Origin: Lama guanicoe
Lineage: Eukaryota
DNA: 64,000 nucleotides
Reading direction: 5' to 3'
Assembly (NCBI GenBank): GCA_013239625.1
Contig: MU053487.1
Coordinates: forward strand, 2,501,058 to 2,565,057
Position numbers and translations under genes: made by a program. Below the pieces are notes generated by a model. It was not told where the DNA came from. It did no database searches and saw only the letters and a program-made list of their open reading frames with translations. This document shows, one piece after another, positions 1-12,950 of the stretch. Position 1 is the stretch's first letter; each line of letters opens with the position of its first letter.

Positions 1-194
1 AATCCACCTAAAGATTAGGATACAAAGTTCAATGCCTTGAGAATTAAATGGGAATACTCATTTGCTTTAGCCTAAAGCCTCTTACTCATGCTTTTGCCCT
101 AGGCTGGTTTTGTTTGTAGCTATCAGTTACTTTAGATTGCCATTCAGAATATTTAGATGCATTACTGTCTACAATTCACTTGCATTCTAAAGAG

Positions 195-1355
195 TTTTTT
201 TTTAACACCTCTATTGTAGTATGGTTCCTATACAGTAAACCACATATATTTCAGATGTACAATTTGATGAATTTTGATAGATGTATACACACATGAAGCC
301 ACCACCACAATCAAGATAGCTAATATTTCTGTCACTCCCCAAGAGGTGCAATTTTCAAATTCTGAGTTTATCCCTTCCCACCCCTTTAACCCCTGGTAAT
401 CATAAGTTTGTTCTCTATGGCTGTGAGTCTGTTTCTGTTTTGGAGATAAGTTCATTTGTGTCCTTTTTTTTAGATTCCACATATAAGTGATATCACATAG
501 TTTTTTTCTTTCTCTTTCTGGCTTCACTTAGTATGACAATCTCAAGGTCCATCCATGTTGCTGCAAATGGCCTTATTTCATTCTTTTTAATGGCTGGGTA
601 GTATTCCATTTGTGTGTGGTATTCCATTTGTGTGTGTGTATGTGTGTACACTCATCACATGTTCTTTATCCAGTCATCTGTCAATGGACTTTTGGGTTGT
701 TTCCATGTCTTGGCTATTGTAAATAGTGCTGCTGTGAACATTGGGGTTCATGTGTCTTTTTAAATTATATTTTTCTCCAGGTATATGCCCATGAGTGGTA
801 AGTTTTAGTTTTTTGAGGAATTTCCATACTGTCCTCAATAGTGGCTGCACCAATTTGCATTCCCACCAACAGTGTAGGAGGGTTCCTTTTTCTCCATACC
901 CTCTCCAGCATTTTTCATTTGTAGACTTTTAAATGATGCCCATTCTGACTGGTGTGAGGTGATATCTCATTATAGTTTTGATTTGCATTTCTCTAACAAT
1001 TAGTGATGTTGAGCATCTTTTCATGTGCTTGTTGGCCATCTGTATGTTTTCTTTGGAGAGATGTCTTTTTAGGTCTTGTACCCGTTTTTTGGTTAGGTTG
1101 TTTATTTTTTTGATATTAAGGTGTGTGAACTGTTTGTGTATTTTAGAAATTAGACCTTTGTCAGTTGCATCATTTGCAAATATTTTCTCCCATTCTGTAG
1201 GCTGTCTTTTCATTTTGTTGATGGTATCCTTAGCTATGTAAAAGCTTTTAAATTTTATTAGATCCCATCTGTTTATTTTTGCTTTTATTTCCATTACTGT
1301 AGGAGCTGATTCAAAAAATATATTGCTGTGATTTATGTCCAAGAGTGTTCTGCCA
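195..1355 (-). mobile_element. LINE-1 3' fragments (ORF2 C-terminus + 3'UTR; an older L1 tail at about 195-345)
   Basis: ORF 929-1405(-) translates to L1 ORF2 C-terminal motifs ([47 protein letters not shown]). Typical L1 3'UTR. Confidence 0.92.
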
Positions 1356-3785
1356 GGTCTTGTTTTTTTATTGTTGGTTATGTCTTCCCAAGCAGATAAT
1401 AACATTTCTTGAGAAAAGATCTATTTTCTTTTATACACTCCACAGTGCCATATCCCTAGACATTTTACAAGGCTCATATAATAAAATAAATTATTCAAAT
1501 GTAGTTTGTTGTTGTTACGAAGAATCAATTTTCTTATAAATATTTAATTTGGACACTTGTTGCTGTCCTGTGAAAATAAAGGTAGAGTTAAAATTTTCAG
1601 TCTGTTGCCACTCATGCCCATTTTCAGGTCACACAAATAAAAGAGAGCTTTCTTTGGGGGAAGGAGGCTCAGCTCTCCTCCTAATTATTAGCTTTATACT
1701 CAGACTTCATGTGATTGCAGGACAGTTCCCAACAACTCAAGTCGCCATCCACCCCAGTCCAAGTCCAAAAAAAGTGATCCTTCCCAATGGTCCTTGGTTC
1801 ACCAGTTGAACCAACATGGATTACCCGCCCCCCTTAACAAGCTACTGTACCTAGAAAATTCTGTGCTGTGACTGGCCAAGTATGAGTCATGCTTCACCTC
1901 TGGTTCACCCAGAGAGCATGGACTATAGAAGAGGAGTGGTTCCAGGAAGAAAAAAAGTAGGTCACTGTCACCAAAATAAGAAAATGAATACTGATGGTCA
2001 AAAAACAATACATACTACACCTAGTAACTCAAAGACCTAAGCATTAAGCTTTTTTTTAAAAAAAGTCAGCAATGCTGTTGGCATTCACTTTTAATGTCTT
2101 CCCATTCTGTACACAATACTGCATTTACCCCTGAATCGTGTCATGTATTCACTTGTCATTGATGAATGAACATGACCAAAAGCATATGCATGAATCTCAA
2201 AGTTAACCAGCTGGAAGGGTCAGTATTTTAGTACATCACTTTCCAGGATACTCCCACCTAGGTATTGCAGGTAATTTCTTGTCCTGCAATTCTTTCCTAT
2301 TGTCAGTCTGCCTGAAACATATTTATTTGCCCTTAATACCCTGGGGGCAGGGTGGCTGCTAGCAAAGATGCTTGGGAAACCTCTGCAGAAGCAAGTGACT
2401 ATGAATCAGCTCTAATTTATCTTATAGAAGGGCACTTAGCTAGTATAGAATCTTGAAAGCAAAATGTATCTAGAGATACATCTTTTCTTTTCAGCTTCAC
2501 CATTTCCATTCCTTTCTATACTAACAGGTTACTTTGCCCACAAGATGTTTGACCTAACTTACGTGGCATTTTTAACATTTTAGTTCAAAATTTGCTGCAG
2601 TAAATAGATAAGTTTAGGATAAAGAGAATGTTGACTCTGTCTATTAGTCTGGAATTTGGGGCAGTTCCTCCACTTTGCTGCTTCCCTGGACACCAAACAT
2701 AACATTCTCTGTCCTAGGACGTGCTTCAAGTTGGTCATAAGACTGGCGGAAAATCAAAGCAAACTAAATGAATAGTTGTTGAAGTTAAGCTCACATCCTG
2801 GAGCTGTGTGTGCCATGGAATAGCCTGCTGTTATTAACAAGCACAGTTCTAATCAGAATCCCTGTTCTATGCTCCTGTTGATCAGAATTTCCTGTTTGAA
2901 AATTGGATTTCGGTCTGGTTACTTTTAAACGTCCTATGGTAGAAGAAGGTGACATAGGATAGTGTTAACAATGTATTTAAATGTTAAAAGTATGTTACTA
3001 AACTATGTTCTAGATGATTCCAACATTGTTAATATCACACAGGGAGAATTACTAAAAGAGACACTCAAATGTTAACCTTAAGGAATGGAATTATCAGTGG
3101 TTTGATGGATTGTTTAGTTTTCAAAATATTCGTAGATGAAGTGTACTACATCTGTCTCAGATAAGTTAATTTTTAAAGAAAAAATGGTTTATCATACCAA
3201 TTCCCCAGAGTCAAAATATGCAACAGATACAACTGAAAAATAGATCTAATTATGATTCTCATTGCTCAAAACCATTGTAGATTTTTCTCTTGCTTGGCAT
3301 ACATCATTTGTTCTTTTATGTTTGAACAACCATGTCCTGGATGCTGGGAGTAAATGAACAATACAGATGAGGCTCCTGCCCTCCTAGAACGAACGAACGA
3401 AATAACTAACTAACTAGCTAACTAACTATCTAGTGGAGCTACAATGACTAAGCTGACAGCAGATCCAGCATGTCACAGACAGTAACAGTTCCATGCATTC
3501 CCTATCAAAACACCTAACCCTCCTTTTACAGATTAAATTCTGGCCTTGGTACATCAGCTAACAAGCATGTTGAACTCTCACCCGGTGGCACTCACTGTTG
3601 GTCAGTGCTACAGTTTGAGCCTCATCCCCGTCCTTGTCCACATGGTAGTTTTCAATGATTAGAGCAGTGTTCAGTTATTTGGGTATGTACTTGCTCTTAC
3701 TTTACAAAAATGAAAGTGCAGGTATTAGTTATAAGAAAGGTAGGTCTTTAAAAAAATAGGAAAAAAAAAGAAAGATAGGTCTTGT

Positions 3786-3910
3786 GGGGAGGGTATAGAG
3801 CAGTGGTATAATGCATGCTTAGCATGGCTGAGGTCCTGGGTTCAATACCTAGTACCAGCACTTAAAATAAGTAAATAAATAAAACTAATTACTTCCTCCT
3901 ACAAAAAAAA
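3786..3910 (+). mobile_element. Camelid tRNA-Ala-derived SINE (Vic-1 type)
   Basis: ggggagggtatag..cagtggta..gcatgcttagcatg..gaggtcctgggttcaat head with A/B boxes, followed by an A-rich tail. Confidence 0.85.
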
Positions 3911-4419
3911 TATATATATATAAAGTGTATATATATATAAAGTGTACCTTATAAGTGTAACTTGAATGATATAAAGATGAAATCATTAAGTGGGCCAGAA
4001 GCAGTGAACCTCTAGCCTCAACCAGACAAGCAAACATTCCTGAAATGAAGGCCAGTAAACTGAGTGAAGAAAGGAAGACAATCAGAGAACAAGCACGGAG
4101 TCCTGGAAATACTCATTGTTGAATCTGGTAGCTAAACATTATAGGTATGTTTAAAGATTTTGATCTTACTTTTTAGCTTCATAGGAAAGAGTTTTTCCTA
4201 AAACAAAGTTTGTTATTTGATTTTTAGATATATTTGCAGGTATGTTTTATGTTGGAAAGTTGGAAACTGCCTGTAGTGGCTCGCCATTGTGTATAGAACA
4301 TATTCTAAATCATTTATCACATCAGTGATGTTAACATCCACAAGTTTATAGCAATACTAAGAAAGAACTTGAAAGTCACCTTGAAGTTGCAATAGTAAGT
4401 TGCTAAATTATACATTAAA

Positions 4420-5395
4420 GGCAATTAGTAAATAAAGAGGAAGAATAAACATTTTTTCTGCCTTTCTTGTACAAAAGTTTGGAGTAGCCAAAGAGTTGTT
4501 AAGGAAAAGTTTTTTTGTATAAAATATTTCCAACTGCTAAATGTAAAAGGAATGATTAACAAATCATTATTTTAGAAACTCAGAGAAAAATACAGATTTT
4601 AGTAATAATCATCAATGGCTGCTAAAACGACTTAAATGAAAGATTGATGGATCACTAAGAGTTGAACAGTCACACATCATACACATCCCAAAGTGGTGCA
4701 ATTGAAAAGGTACTGAATCACCTGTGAGGTATTTTTGCCACTCCCCAAGATATTTTCAGTTTGAATCCAAACAAGCCTATAAACATGATTATCAGTTTAT
4801 AAGGAGAAGGGAGAATGAACAATATAGGAAAGTGTCAAACACCACCAAGAAGATACAATCAACCTACCCCAAAGCGTGGAAAGTTCTACAGGTCATATGA
4901 CAGGATTCCATCAACAAATAAATTACCATAATAAATCAAAAGATATTTAAGACACTTAACAACCAAATCTAGTATGTGGGTGTTGATGTGACAGATCAAA
5001 TATAAACAGACTTTTTGAGACAATGGGGGAAATTCTATCAAAGACTAGATATTAGATGATATTAAGGAATTATTATTACTTTAACAGTTAAATAATTTTT
5101 TCAGTGTCATAATGATATTGTCACAAGCATATGTGTGGTTGTGTTTTTGAAAAGTCTTTTGTCTATTACAGACATTTAATGACTAGTTTAAGGATGAAAT
5201 TCTATGATATCCAGGACTGTCATTAAAATACTCTAGAGGATAGCGACGAAGTAGCAGGACAAATGAAACAAGATTGGGCGAGTGTCGATAAGTGTTAAAG
5301 CTGAGTGGCGGGTGTATGCAAGAGGTGGGGTATAATTCTGTATTCTCTATTTTATGTGTGTGTTTTAAATTTGCCATAATAGGAAGTTAAAATTT
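4420..5395 (+). mobile_element. Old L1 (L1MC-like) 3' region
   Basis: Degenerate L1MC-type 3'UTR sequence (e.g. gactagatattagatgatattaaggaattatt), recognised by eye. Confidence 0.6.
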
Positions 5396-5401
5396 AAATC
5401 A

Positions 5402-5410
5402 ATACATACA

Positions 5411-5442
<32 letters not shown>
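5402..5442. repeat. (TACA)n microsatellite
   Basis: About 9-10 tandem ATAC units. Confidence 0.95.
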
Positions 5443-5443
<1 letters not shown>

Positions 5444-6745
5444 GCATAATAAAAGCTTTAGGGCAGTTTATTTCTGTACCTGACTTGTTCCCTGGGGAAG
5501 AGACTGAGTGAATGAATCCAGAGAACTGTAGTACTGGGATCCCTGAGCCAGTTAGTGTGGGTGCACTTGCCCAAATGTGTAATCCCAAGAAAAGGAGCAT
5601 CTTCCTTTTCTGTGGAACAATGAGGGGAAATGCACCTGTAACAGGCAGTGAGGAGAGGGAGCTCAATCCAAATCACTTCTTTCAGATGGCCTGTGAGTCC
5701 ATAGGCAAGCAAAGGAGGGGAAGCTGAAGCTCTCCCTGACACCTAGAGCTGGGGTCTGAGTTGGGGTGTTAATATCTCAGACTGGGGCACAAGTATAAGA
5801 TATAAGGACATGGCGCTCAAATCCTGTGGGTAGCAAGTTGACAAGAGCATTGCTTTCCAAGGGCAGAGCTTTGGACTGTTCCAGAGTCAGCAGTGACACT
5901 AGGCTCCCAGATATTACAGCAGGTAGGGTAACAGCTTCCAGAGCTATCAGCCTGGAAGGCTGATCCCTGTGACTCCTCAACATAGGAGAAGGAAGTGGAG
6001 CCAGCAGAAGAGAAGGGGAGGTCTGTATTTCCCAACTGATCTGGACACGTGGGGCTTGCATTGGCAAACCAGAGACATCCCTATGGTGAGGCATTGTGTG
6101 TTTATCTGCTGGTGAAGCAGGATTTACTCATTACCCAGTTCTTGAATTGCATGATTGTATCATTATATTACTTGGAAACAACTCTGACTATGATTTGGTG
6201 GTATGACCAAAATGTTCCTCTCACTCCCTTGTCTCTTGTGTAATCATGGGCAGGTCACCGTTCCCTTAAATTAGGATAATAATACCTTGCCTTTCTACCT
6301 CCAGGGTTGTTGTGTGGCTCTTAAGAGATAATATATGGAACTATAATTTTTGCGAAGTATCGATTGCTATTCAAACAAGGCATCGTTATGACAGTTAGTG
6401 ACTAGGTGATTTATATCTTTAAAGCCCCTTATTTTCTTTAACTCTGCGCTAACAATATGTTTAATTAGTATATTTCAAAGTTAGATAGTCAAGAAACAAC
6501 TATCAAGAAGTTTAGCATATAGTATGATTTTTCTGCATTCTCTTACGTTATGAAGAACTCCTGGAAATAAGAAAATCGTACCCAGTTAATACTTTATAGT
6601 CATATCCTTGCATACATGTCTATCAATGCAGGAGACAAAAAAGTTGCTATGTATTCCATAAATAATCCTTATTATTTATAATCTCAATTTCATAAATCAG
6701 TATTTCTTCTGTTCAATAATGTATAGTCAACTGGGTAACTAGAGG

Positions 6746-7062
6746 AGGGTTTGGCAAACAATGGCCCATGGAACAAAGCTGGCCACCACTTTTTTTTGTA
6801 TGGCCTGAAAACCAAGAATTGTTTTGACCTTTGGGAGTTTTTTTTTCTTTTTACTCAAAACAAGAATATTTTATGACACATGAAAATTATATGAAATTCA
6901 AATTTCAGTGTCCACTTTTATTAGAACACAGCCAGAACCATTCATTTATGTACTGTCTATGGCTACAATAATAGTTGAGTGGCTATGAGAGAGACTATAT
7001 GGTACACAAAGCCTAAAATATTTACTATCTGGCTCTTTACAGAAAAGTGTACCTATCTCCAG
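6746..7062 (+). mobile_element. MER58B-like hAT-Charlie DNA transposon
   Basis: ggcaaac..tggccc start, aaattcaaatttcagtgtcca core, aaagcctaaaatatttactatctgg.tctttacagaaaa end. Confidence 0.8.
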
Positions 7063-7939
7063 AATAGAGGATTCAAAGGGACACAAATTTAAAAAAAAAT
7101 TTTTTTCTAGATATCTAGCTATCTCTTAGGATAAATGAACCTGGGATACATGGACTCAAATTATAAATATGCAATAAAAGAAATTCACAGTTGTGGTTTT
7201 AATATGCAGTTACTAATTTTGAGTTAACTAAGAAAAATGTATATAATAAGTAAAATATAAACAAATAGAATACAATTAAATCCTTAAATATATGTTTCCA
7301 TTTTGCTCAGTGTTGGTGGTGAAGTAAAGAGAATTGGGAGTAGTATATTTATTCTCTGATTAACATACAATAGAAACTGACTTTAGTAAGAGGAAAAGGG
7401 AGTTCATTGGAAAGAGGATTCTGGACTAGTTCCAAAATTGAGGGAAGAGCTAGAGACCATGACCTTTGGAAGGACAGCAAACTGGTGAGCTCCAGATCAC
7501 CATCACCCTAGGCCCACTCTCGGGGCATTCCCGAGACTTCAGGAGCCTTCCATTTGAATTTTGGGAGAAATAAATTGATGGACCCAGTTCATGGCCTGGG
7601 AGCCTGGGAGATGGAGTAATGTGAGAGGGAGCTCCCTGGAATCCCTTGGTTGGAATGGAGAAGGAACAAAGAGGCAATAAGAATGAGAGAGGGATGCCAG
7701 GCAAACAAAAACCAGCAGATGTGGTCATGGGGAAGCTTCTCAGGAAACACAGGCTTTAATCTCAACTTCAGCACCAAATGGGTAAATGTGAATGTCATCT
7801 CATTGGGCATCAGTTAGGGGTATTTCTATTTTACAATAGTATAAAAGGAGGGGCACAATTAGACCCACCTGCCATGAAACTATTCATTGGCCACAGTATA
7901 TAAAATTGTTTCCCTCAGAAAAAAAATGTTTAAGTTAAA

Positions 7940-9830
7940 GAACCATATCTTCCAGAGGATCAAATTAAGGGATAATTGTGTAACCACTATCACCACTTCT
8001 ATTCAACATTGCACTACAGTTTTCCAACACAGTAAGTCAAAAGAGTAAAATAATAGGCATAAAGACTGTAAAGGAAGAAAAAAGTTACCATTTTTTACAG
8101 AAGGTGTAATGGTATACATATAATATTGAAAAAATCTATTAACTTACAATTAATAAGTGAATTCAGCAATGTAGTGAGGAGGGTCAGTATACAAAATTTC
8201 ATCTTATTTGTATACCAGCAACACAATAACCACAAAAATAAAATGAAATTTTAGAAATGGTACTATTTACAATAGCATCAAAAAACTACTGTGTAGGAAT
8301 AAATATAATGCAAAAGGTGCAGCTAATTTCCTCAAAGTATCTATAGGTTAGTGCAATCTCAATGTAAATCCCAGAAGACTTTGTGTGTGTGTGGAAATTG
8401 ATAAGCTGAGTCTAAAATATATAAAGAAAAGCAAAAGATGAAGAATAGCTGGGGCAATTTTGAGGAAGAGAAAGCTGGAAGGTCTTTGTCATCAGATATC
8501 ACTATCTACCAGGGTGACCAATTGTTCTAGTTTGCCAGGCACTGAGGGGTTTTCTGAGATGCGATACTTTGAGTTTCAAAACATAGAAAGTTAGATATAT
8601 CAAATCATTATGTTGTATACCTTAAACTAATACAGTGTTACATGTCAATTATATCTCAGTAAAACTGTTGTGGGGGGGAGGGGGTTTGACCAAAATGTAC
8701 TGGGAAAACCAGGACAAATCAGTCACCCTAAGACTTAGTATAGAGCTGTAGTTATTAAGATGGTGTGATATTGGCAACGTATAAACAAATAAACCAATGA
8801 AAGAGAACAGAGTCCAGAAATAGGCCCATACATATTATATCATCTGATTATGACAGATGGCACAACAGTAGTCCATTTGGGAAAGGATGGTCTTTTCCAT
8901 AAACAGTGCTGAATAATTGGCTATCCATAGAGGGTAAAAAAAAAAAACCTCAACTTCTAACTCATGACACAAAAAATACTTTCCAGATGAACTGTATTGC
9001 TAAATGTGAAAGGTAAAATAATAAAGCTTTTTGGAAAAACTACCTAGTCCACCATGATATGGACAAAGATTCCCTAAATAAGACACAGAAAATGCTAAAT
9101 ATAAAGGAAAAATTGATAAATTGAACTAAATTAAATTTAACTGTATTCATTAAGAAGTGTCATTCAGAAAAATGAGAAAGTAAGCAAGCCACAGAGAGGG
9201 GGAAGATATGTGTGATTTATATATATAACATTAAATGTATGTAATATATATAATTATATTTATATTATTTCATTTAATAGTTTAATTAATATAAATATTT
9301 AATGCCATTACATATAAATTTATATAATATATAATAAATATATTTTATATATAAATCGTATGTATCTTCTCCTACTCTACATATCTGTATGTGTTTGTAT
9401 GTTTGTGTATATGTGTGTATGTCTGTATACCTATATCTATGCCTATCTATCTTATTTTTATATATATCATTTATTAGGCATATATCTGACAAAGGGCTCA
9501 TATACAGAATATATAAAGAATTCCCATAACACAGTAAGGAAAAGATACATAAAATGGTATTTGACTTCATTAGTCATCAGAGGGATGCAAATTAAAACCA
9601 CTGTGAGAGAATACTACTTGTCTACCGGAATAGCTAAAGTGAAAAAGACAGACAATGCTAAGTTCTGGTAAGGATGTGAGGCGACTAGAACCTTCATACG
9701 TTGCTAAAAGCAGGATCAGATATACAACCATTCTGATATGTTCTCTGGCAATGTCTACTAAAAAAAGCTGAACACATTTATACCCAATGACCTATGGAGT
9801 CCACTTCTGGGTATGGACCTAGACACCGAA
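7940..9830 (+). mobile_element. Old LINE-1 ORF2 remnant (interrupted by MER81-like element and an AT-rich tract)
   Basis: Degenerate ORF2 RT/C-terminal sequence; ORF 9360-9671 ends in SLVIRGMQIKTTVREYYL. Confidence 0.85.
8510..8730. mobile_element. MER81-like hAT-Blackjack MITE, itself interrupted by an L1 3' tail (about 8593-8690)
   Basis: Terminal inverted repeats cagggtgacc... / ...gtcacccta; internal gcactgaggggtt and ctgggaaaaccaggac motifs. Confidence 0.75.
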
Positions 9831-10019
9831 CATAAATCTTCCTTAAGGGGTTTGACCTGGGGTCACAAATTCAAACATGTACAGAGAGAAGTCGGGCAAG
9901 TAATATCAGTGCCTGAGCAGAAGGGCATTTTCAGTGGAGGTGATTTAAGTGGACACACTGGACACCCTTTGGTGTAGCTGCTCTTCACTATTCTGTTTGC
10001 TTTCCTCTGGAAACAGCCC

Positions 10020-10527
10020 CTGATCACGTCTAGACCTTCAGGTCCACCTCACCCCACACCCTCTCTCAATGGCTGATTGCTCTTGGGTGCACACCTTACC
10101 CACACCAGGTGCCATGGATGCACATGGTGCTCTGCCCAGACCCCTTTGCCCGGGCAGTGCACCATCCCCTGGCTGCTGTGAATGGTGGCTGCTAGCAGTC
10201 CTAGCCCTCCCCTTCTCTTGAATCACCCTGCCCACAAATGCTTGAGAAACTATGCTATCCCTTTGGAAGCAGCCACAGTCAATTAACTGATGGATACAGG
10301 GGTACAGAAGGCAGGCTCCACTGCTTGGATTACAAGATGGGATAACATCAGTGCCCTCTCCAGAGTCCAGGGGGCATCAGGCTGAGGCTAGACTTGCAGC
10401 TCTGCCTTCTCTTTCATCCTGTTTCCCTCACTTTCTTAAAGGTTTCTCCTGACAGCACCCCACCCCCGCCTCAGAAAATCGCTTGCACCAGAATCCCTCT
10501 GCTTCTGGGGAGCCTGAGGTAGGTCAT
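10020..10527 (+). mobile_element. ERVL-type solo LTR (LTR16-like)
   Basis: Ends in ctctgcttctggggagcctga..., typical of this LTR class; the 5' boundary is uncertain. Confidence 0.55.
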
Positions 10528-11461
10528 GTGGCCCATATGATCCTCTTTCCCCCAAAAGCCCAGGCACACTGGAACAGTCACATTAGTATACAAATTTTCT
10601 TCTTATTTCTATACCAGCAACAGAGTAACAACAAATATAAAATGAAATTTTAGAAATGGAACTATTTACAATAGCCGAGGAGCTAATTTGTTACCCAGGG
10701 CTGTTTCCCTGAGACCTCCCTGATTTCCCTGGAGGCAGAGAGAGCTAAATTCCTTCCACTGGTCGTCATCCTTTTGCATCTTCCTTTGTTTCCAGCCCTG
10801 TCCAGGAAGCCTCTAGCATCTCTCTGAGCTTCTTATCCCTAAAATGCACTTTTCTACATCCTCTTACTCTTTCTGTGTGCGCATATACAAGCAGTGTGTT
10901 TGCATACATGTTAGGAAAGCAAAATGAAGAGGTGGGAAAATCACAGGGGGTGGGGGTAGGGGTAGTCAGATTTCAAATCACTCAACCATGGGTTATAAAC
11001 AAAGGGTGACACAACACGAGCCTGATTAGTTCCACTCAGAGTTGTTCACTGATTCATCAGAAAATTGATCCTTCTGACCCAGACTCTCCTCCCTCAACAG
11101 TCAAAGGCAGCTTTTGTTTGAGCCAGTGATTGTGCCTCTATAGCAATTTTATGCAGTCTGGCCCAAGATGAGTTTCTACCCGAGCCAAGTGAGGATACAG
11201 CAGGATAATATTTTAAGATAGTAACCTACATTCTGTTTTCCAGTGGGCATTTTCTACCCCTCCTCCATTTAAGCAGTCACACAGTCTCGGGGGAGCATTA
11301 CTGCAGGGTGAAGAGTGAAAAGTTGACAAGTCTTTCTGGCTTGTTTCTAGTGACTGGTAGCTGCCATCAACTGATGGTCCCCTGATCTTAGAGTGCTCAC
11401 AGAGGAGATTTCTTTGACCCACACAATACTGGTTCTTTTTGTTTGGTGGTTTTTTTGTCCT

Positions 11462-11584
11462 GGCCTCTACCCACTAGGTGCCAGCAGCCCTTCCCTAACC
11501 CCAAGCTGTGACAACCAAAAATGTATCCAGACATTGGCCAAATGTCCCCTGGGAACAAAACTGCCCAGTGATTGAGAATCACTG
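11462..11584 (+). mobile_element. MER20 (hAT-Charlie) 3' part
   Basis: ggcctctacccactag.tgccagcagc...tgtgacaaccaaaaatgt.tccagacattg.ccaaatgtcccctggg...ttgagaatcactg. Confidence 0.85.
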
Positions 11585-12139
11585 AATCACTGAGTTAGAC
11601 TGAAACTCAAGGTACCAAAAGGTAGACACTGCTAATCAAAAGCCTGGAAAAACCTTATTCCCAGCCAGAAAAACATGTAACGTTCACCACAGAGGCTATG
11701 GAAGAACAACATATTATCTTTATCCTTTCTTGATTCCTTCCACCCAAGAAACAGCCCAGGCGTAGGCTATACCACTGTGTGCACATGAAGACATCTGGCT
11801 CAACTTACACAATTACTCCCTTCAACTCTGCAGTGACAAGGGAACAAATCTACAGCAGCTGCTGCATTGAAAAAGTGACAAAATATGTTCTTTCTGCCAG
11901 TTCAAAATTAACATAAAGCCGTCTTAAAAACACTAGCATTGCTCCTGATATCCACATAGATGAAACCTTGGGTCTGGACAAGCAGACGCCCAAGCTTGAG
12001 GAGAAAGAAGGACTTGGAGGGAGGGCAGAAAGTCAGGGTATGAAGGTAAAGTATCCATGAAGAAAGTCAGGCGTCGGTTCTCATTGACGAGCCCTAAGTT
12101 AGAGACCATTAGAATCCATTCCACAGGCCAGAGCGATCA

Positions 12140-12950
12140 GCCAGGTGCCTCCCGCTGCTGTTCCCGCGAGGGGAAACCAGAGGAAGTCGCTGCCACCAGC
12201 GGATTCCCCACCTACCCGAGGGCCTCTCCTCGCCGCGGAGACGCGGAGCCGGAAAGCTGCGGGGCAGCCGCCGCCGCAGGACGAAGTTCGCGGTCGGCAG
12301 AAGCCCCGCCTCTCCTGCCCGCGGGGGCCTTACCCGGCGCGCGCCGGGCTCACGTGGGGAGCTCGCGGGGCCCGCCCCCGCCGCGGAGCCGACCCGAGGG
12401 CCGAGGGTCCGGGTTTTTACCGCAGGCCCCAGGTGAGTGACTCCGGGGCGCGCTGAGGGCCGAAAGCCGCTGCCCTGCTAGCTCCCTGCCTACCTCAGAG
12501 ACCGCAGACAGCCAACCTGCAGGTCTGTAGCTGTTCCCCGAACCACCGGGGCTTCATGTCAGGCGCTTCTGGGGCCGCAGGTCAGCTCGGTCATCCGGGA
12601 GGGCGGGCGAGCCGAGCTCCCGCAGGCGCCGAGGTCGGCCCCGCGCCCGCTCCTGGGCTCCGGGCCGCCCGCGGGACCCCCGAGACCCCCGGCCGCGTGA
12701 CGTGACCAGGCCCCAGCGGCGGGCGCCACAGGGACGCCCTCGCGGCCAGTCCTCTCAGGCGGGCCCGTTAGCCCCCGGCCCCCTCCCCAGTCACAATGGC
12801 CGCTCGCGACTGGGGAACAGCAGCCGCGGAGGCGGGGGCCTCGGGCCGCCGCGCCGCGCCCCCCCCTTCCCCGCCCCGCAGACCTTCTCCAGGGGCGCGT
12901 CCGTGGCCGAGGCTGCCCGCGCCGCCCCACACAGTACTTTTCAGAAGTCT
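12140..12950 (-). promoter_or_regulatory. LRRFIP2: CpG island, inferred promoter / non-coding first exon of LRRFIP2 (minus strand)
   Basis: Dense CpG island with GC boxes (GGGCGG 12601, CCCCGCCCC about 12888), CRE/E-box-like TGACGTGA 12698-12705 and several minus-strand donor-like motifs. The island itself is certain. Gene identity comes only from the known head-to-head LRRFIP2/GOLGA4 synteny. Confidence 0.7.

Noticed and set aside
929..1405. 158-aa ORF with reverse-transcriptase-protein similarity
   Set aside because: Truncated L1 ORF2 C-terminal remnant, not a host gene.
1..12000. LRRFIP2 coding exons
   Set aside because: I looked for the N-terminal MGTP..GRKR exon on the minus strand and did not see it; it probably lies outside the window.
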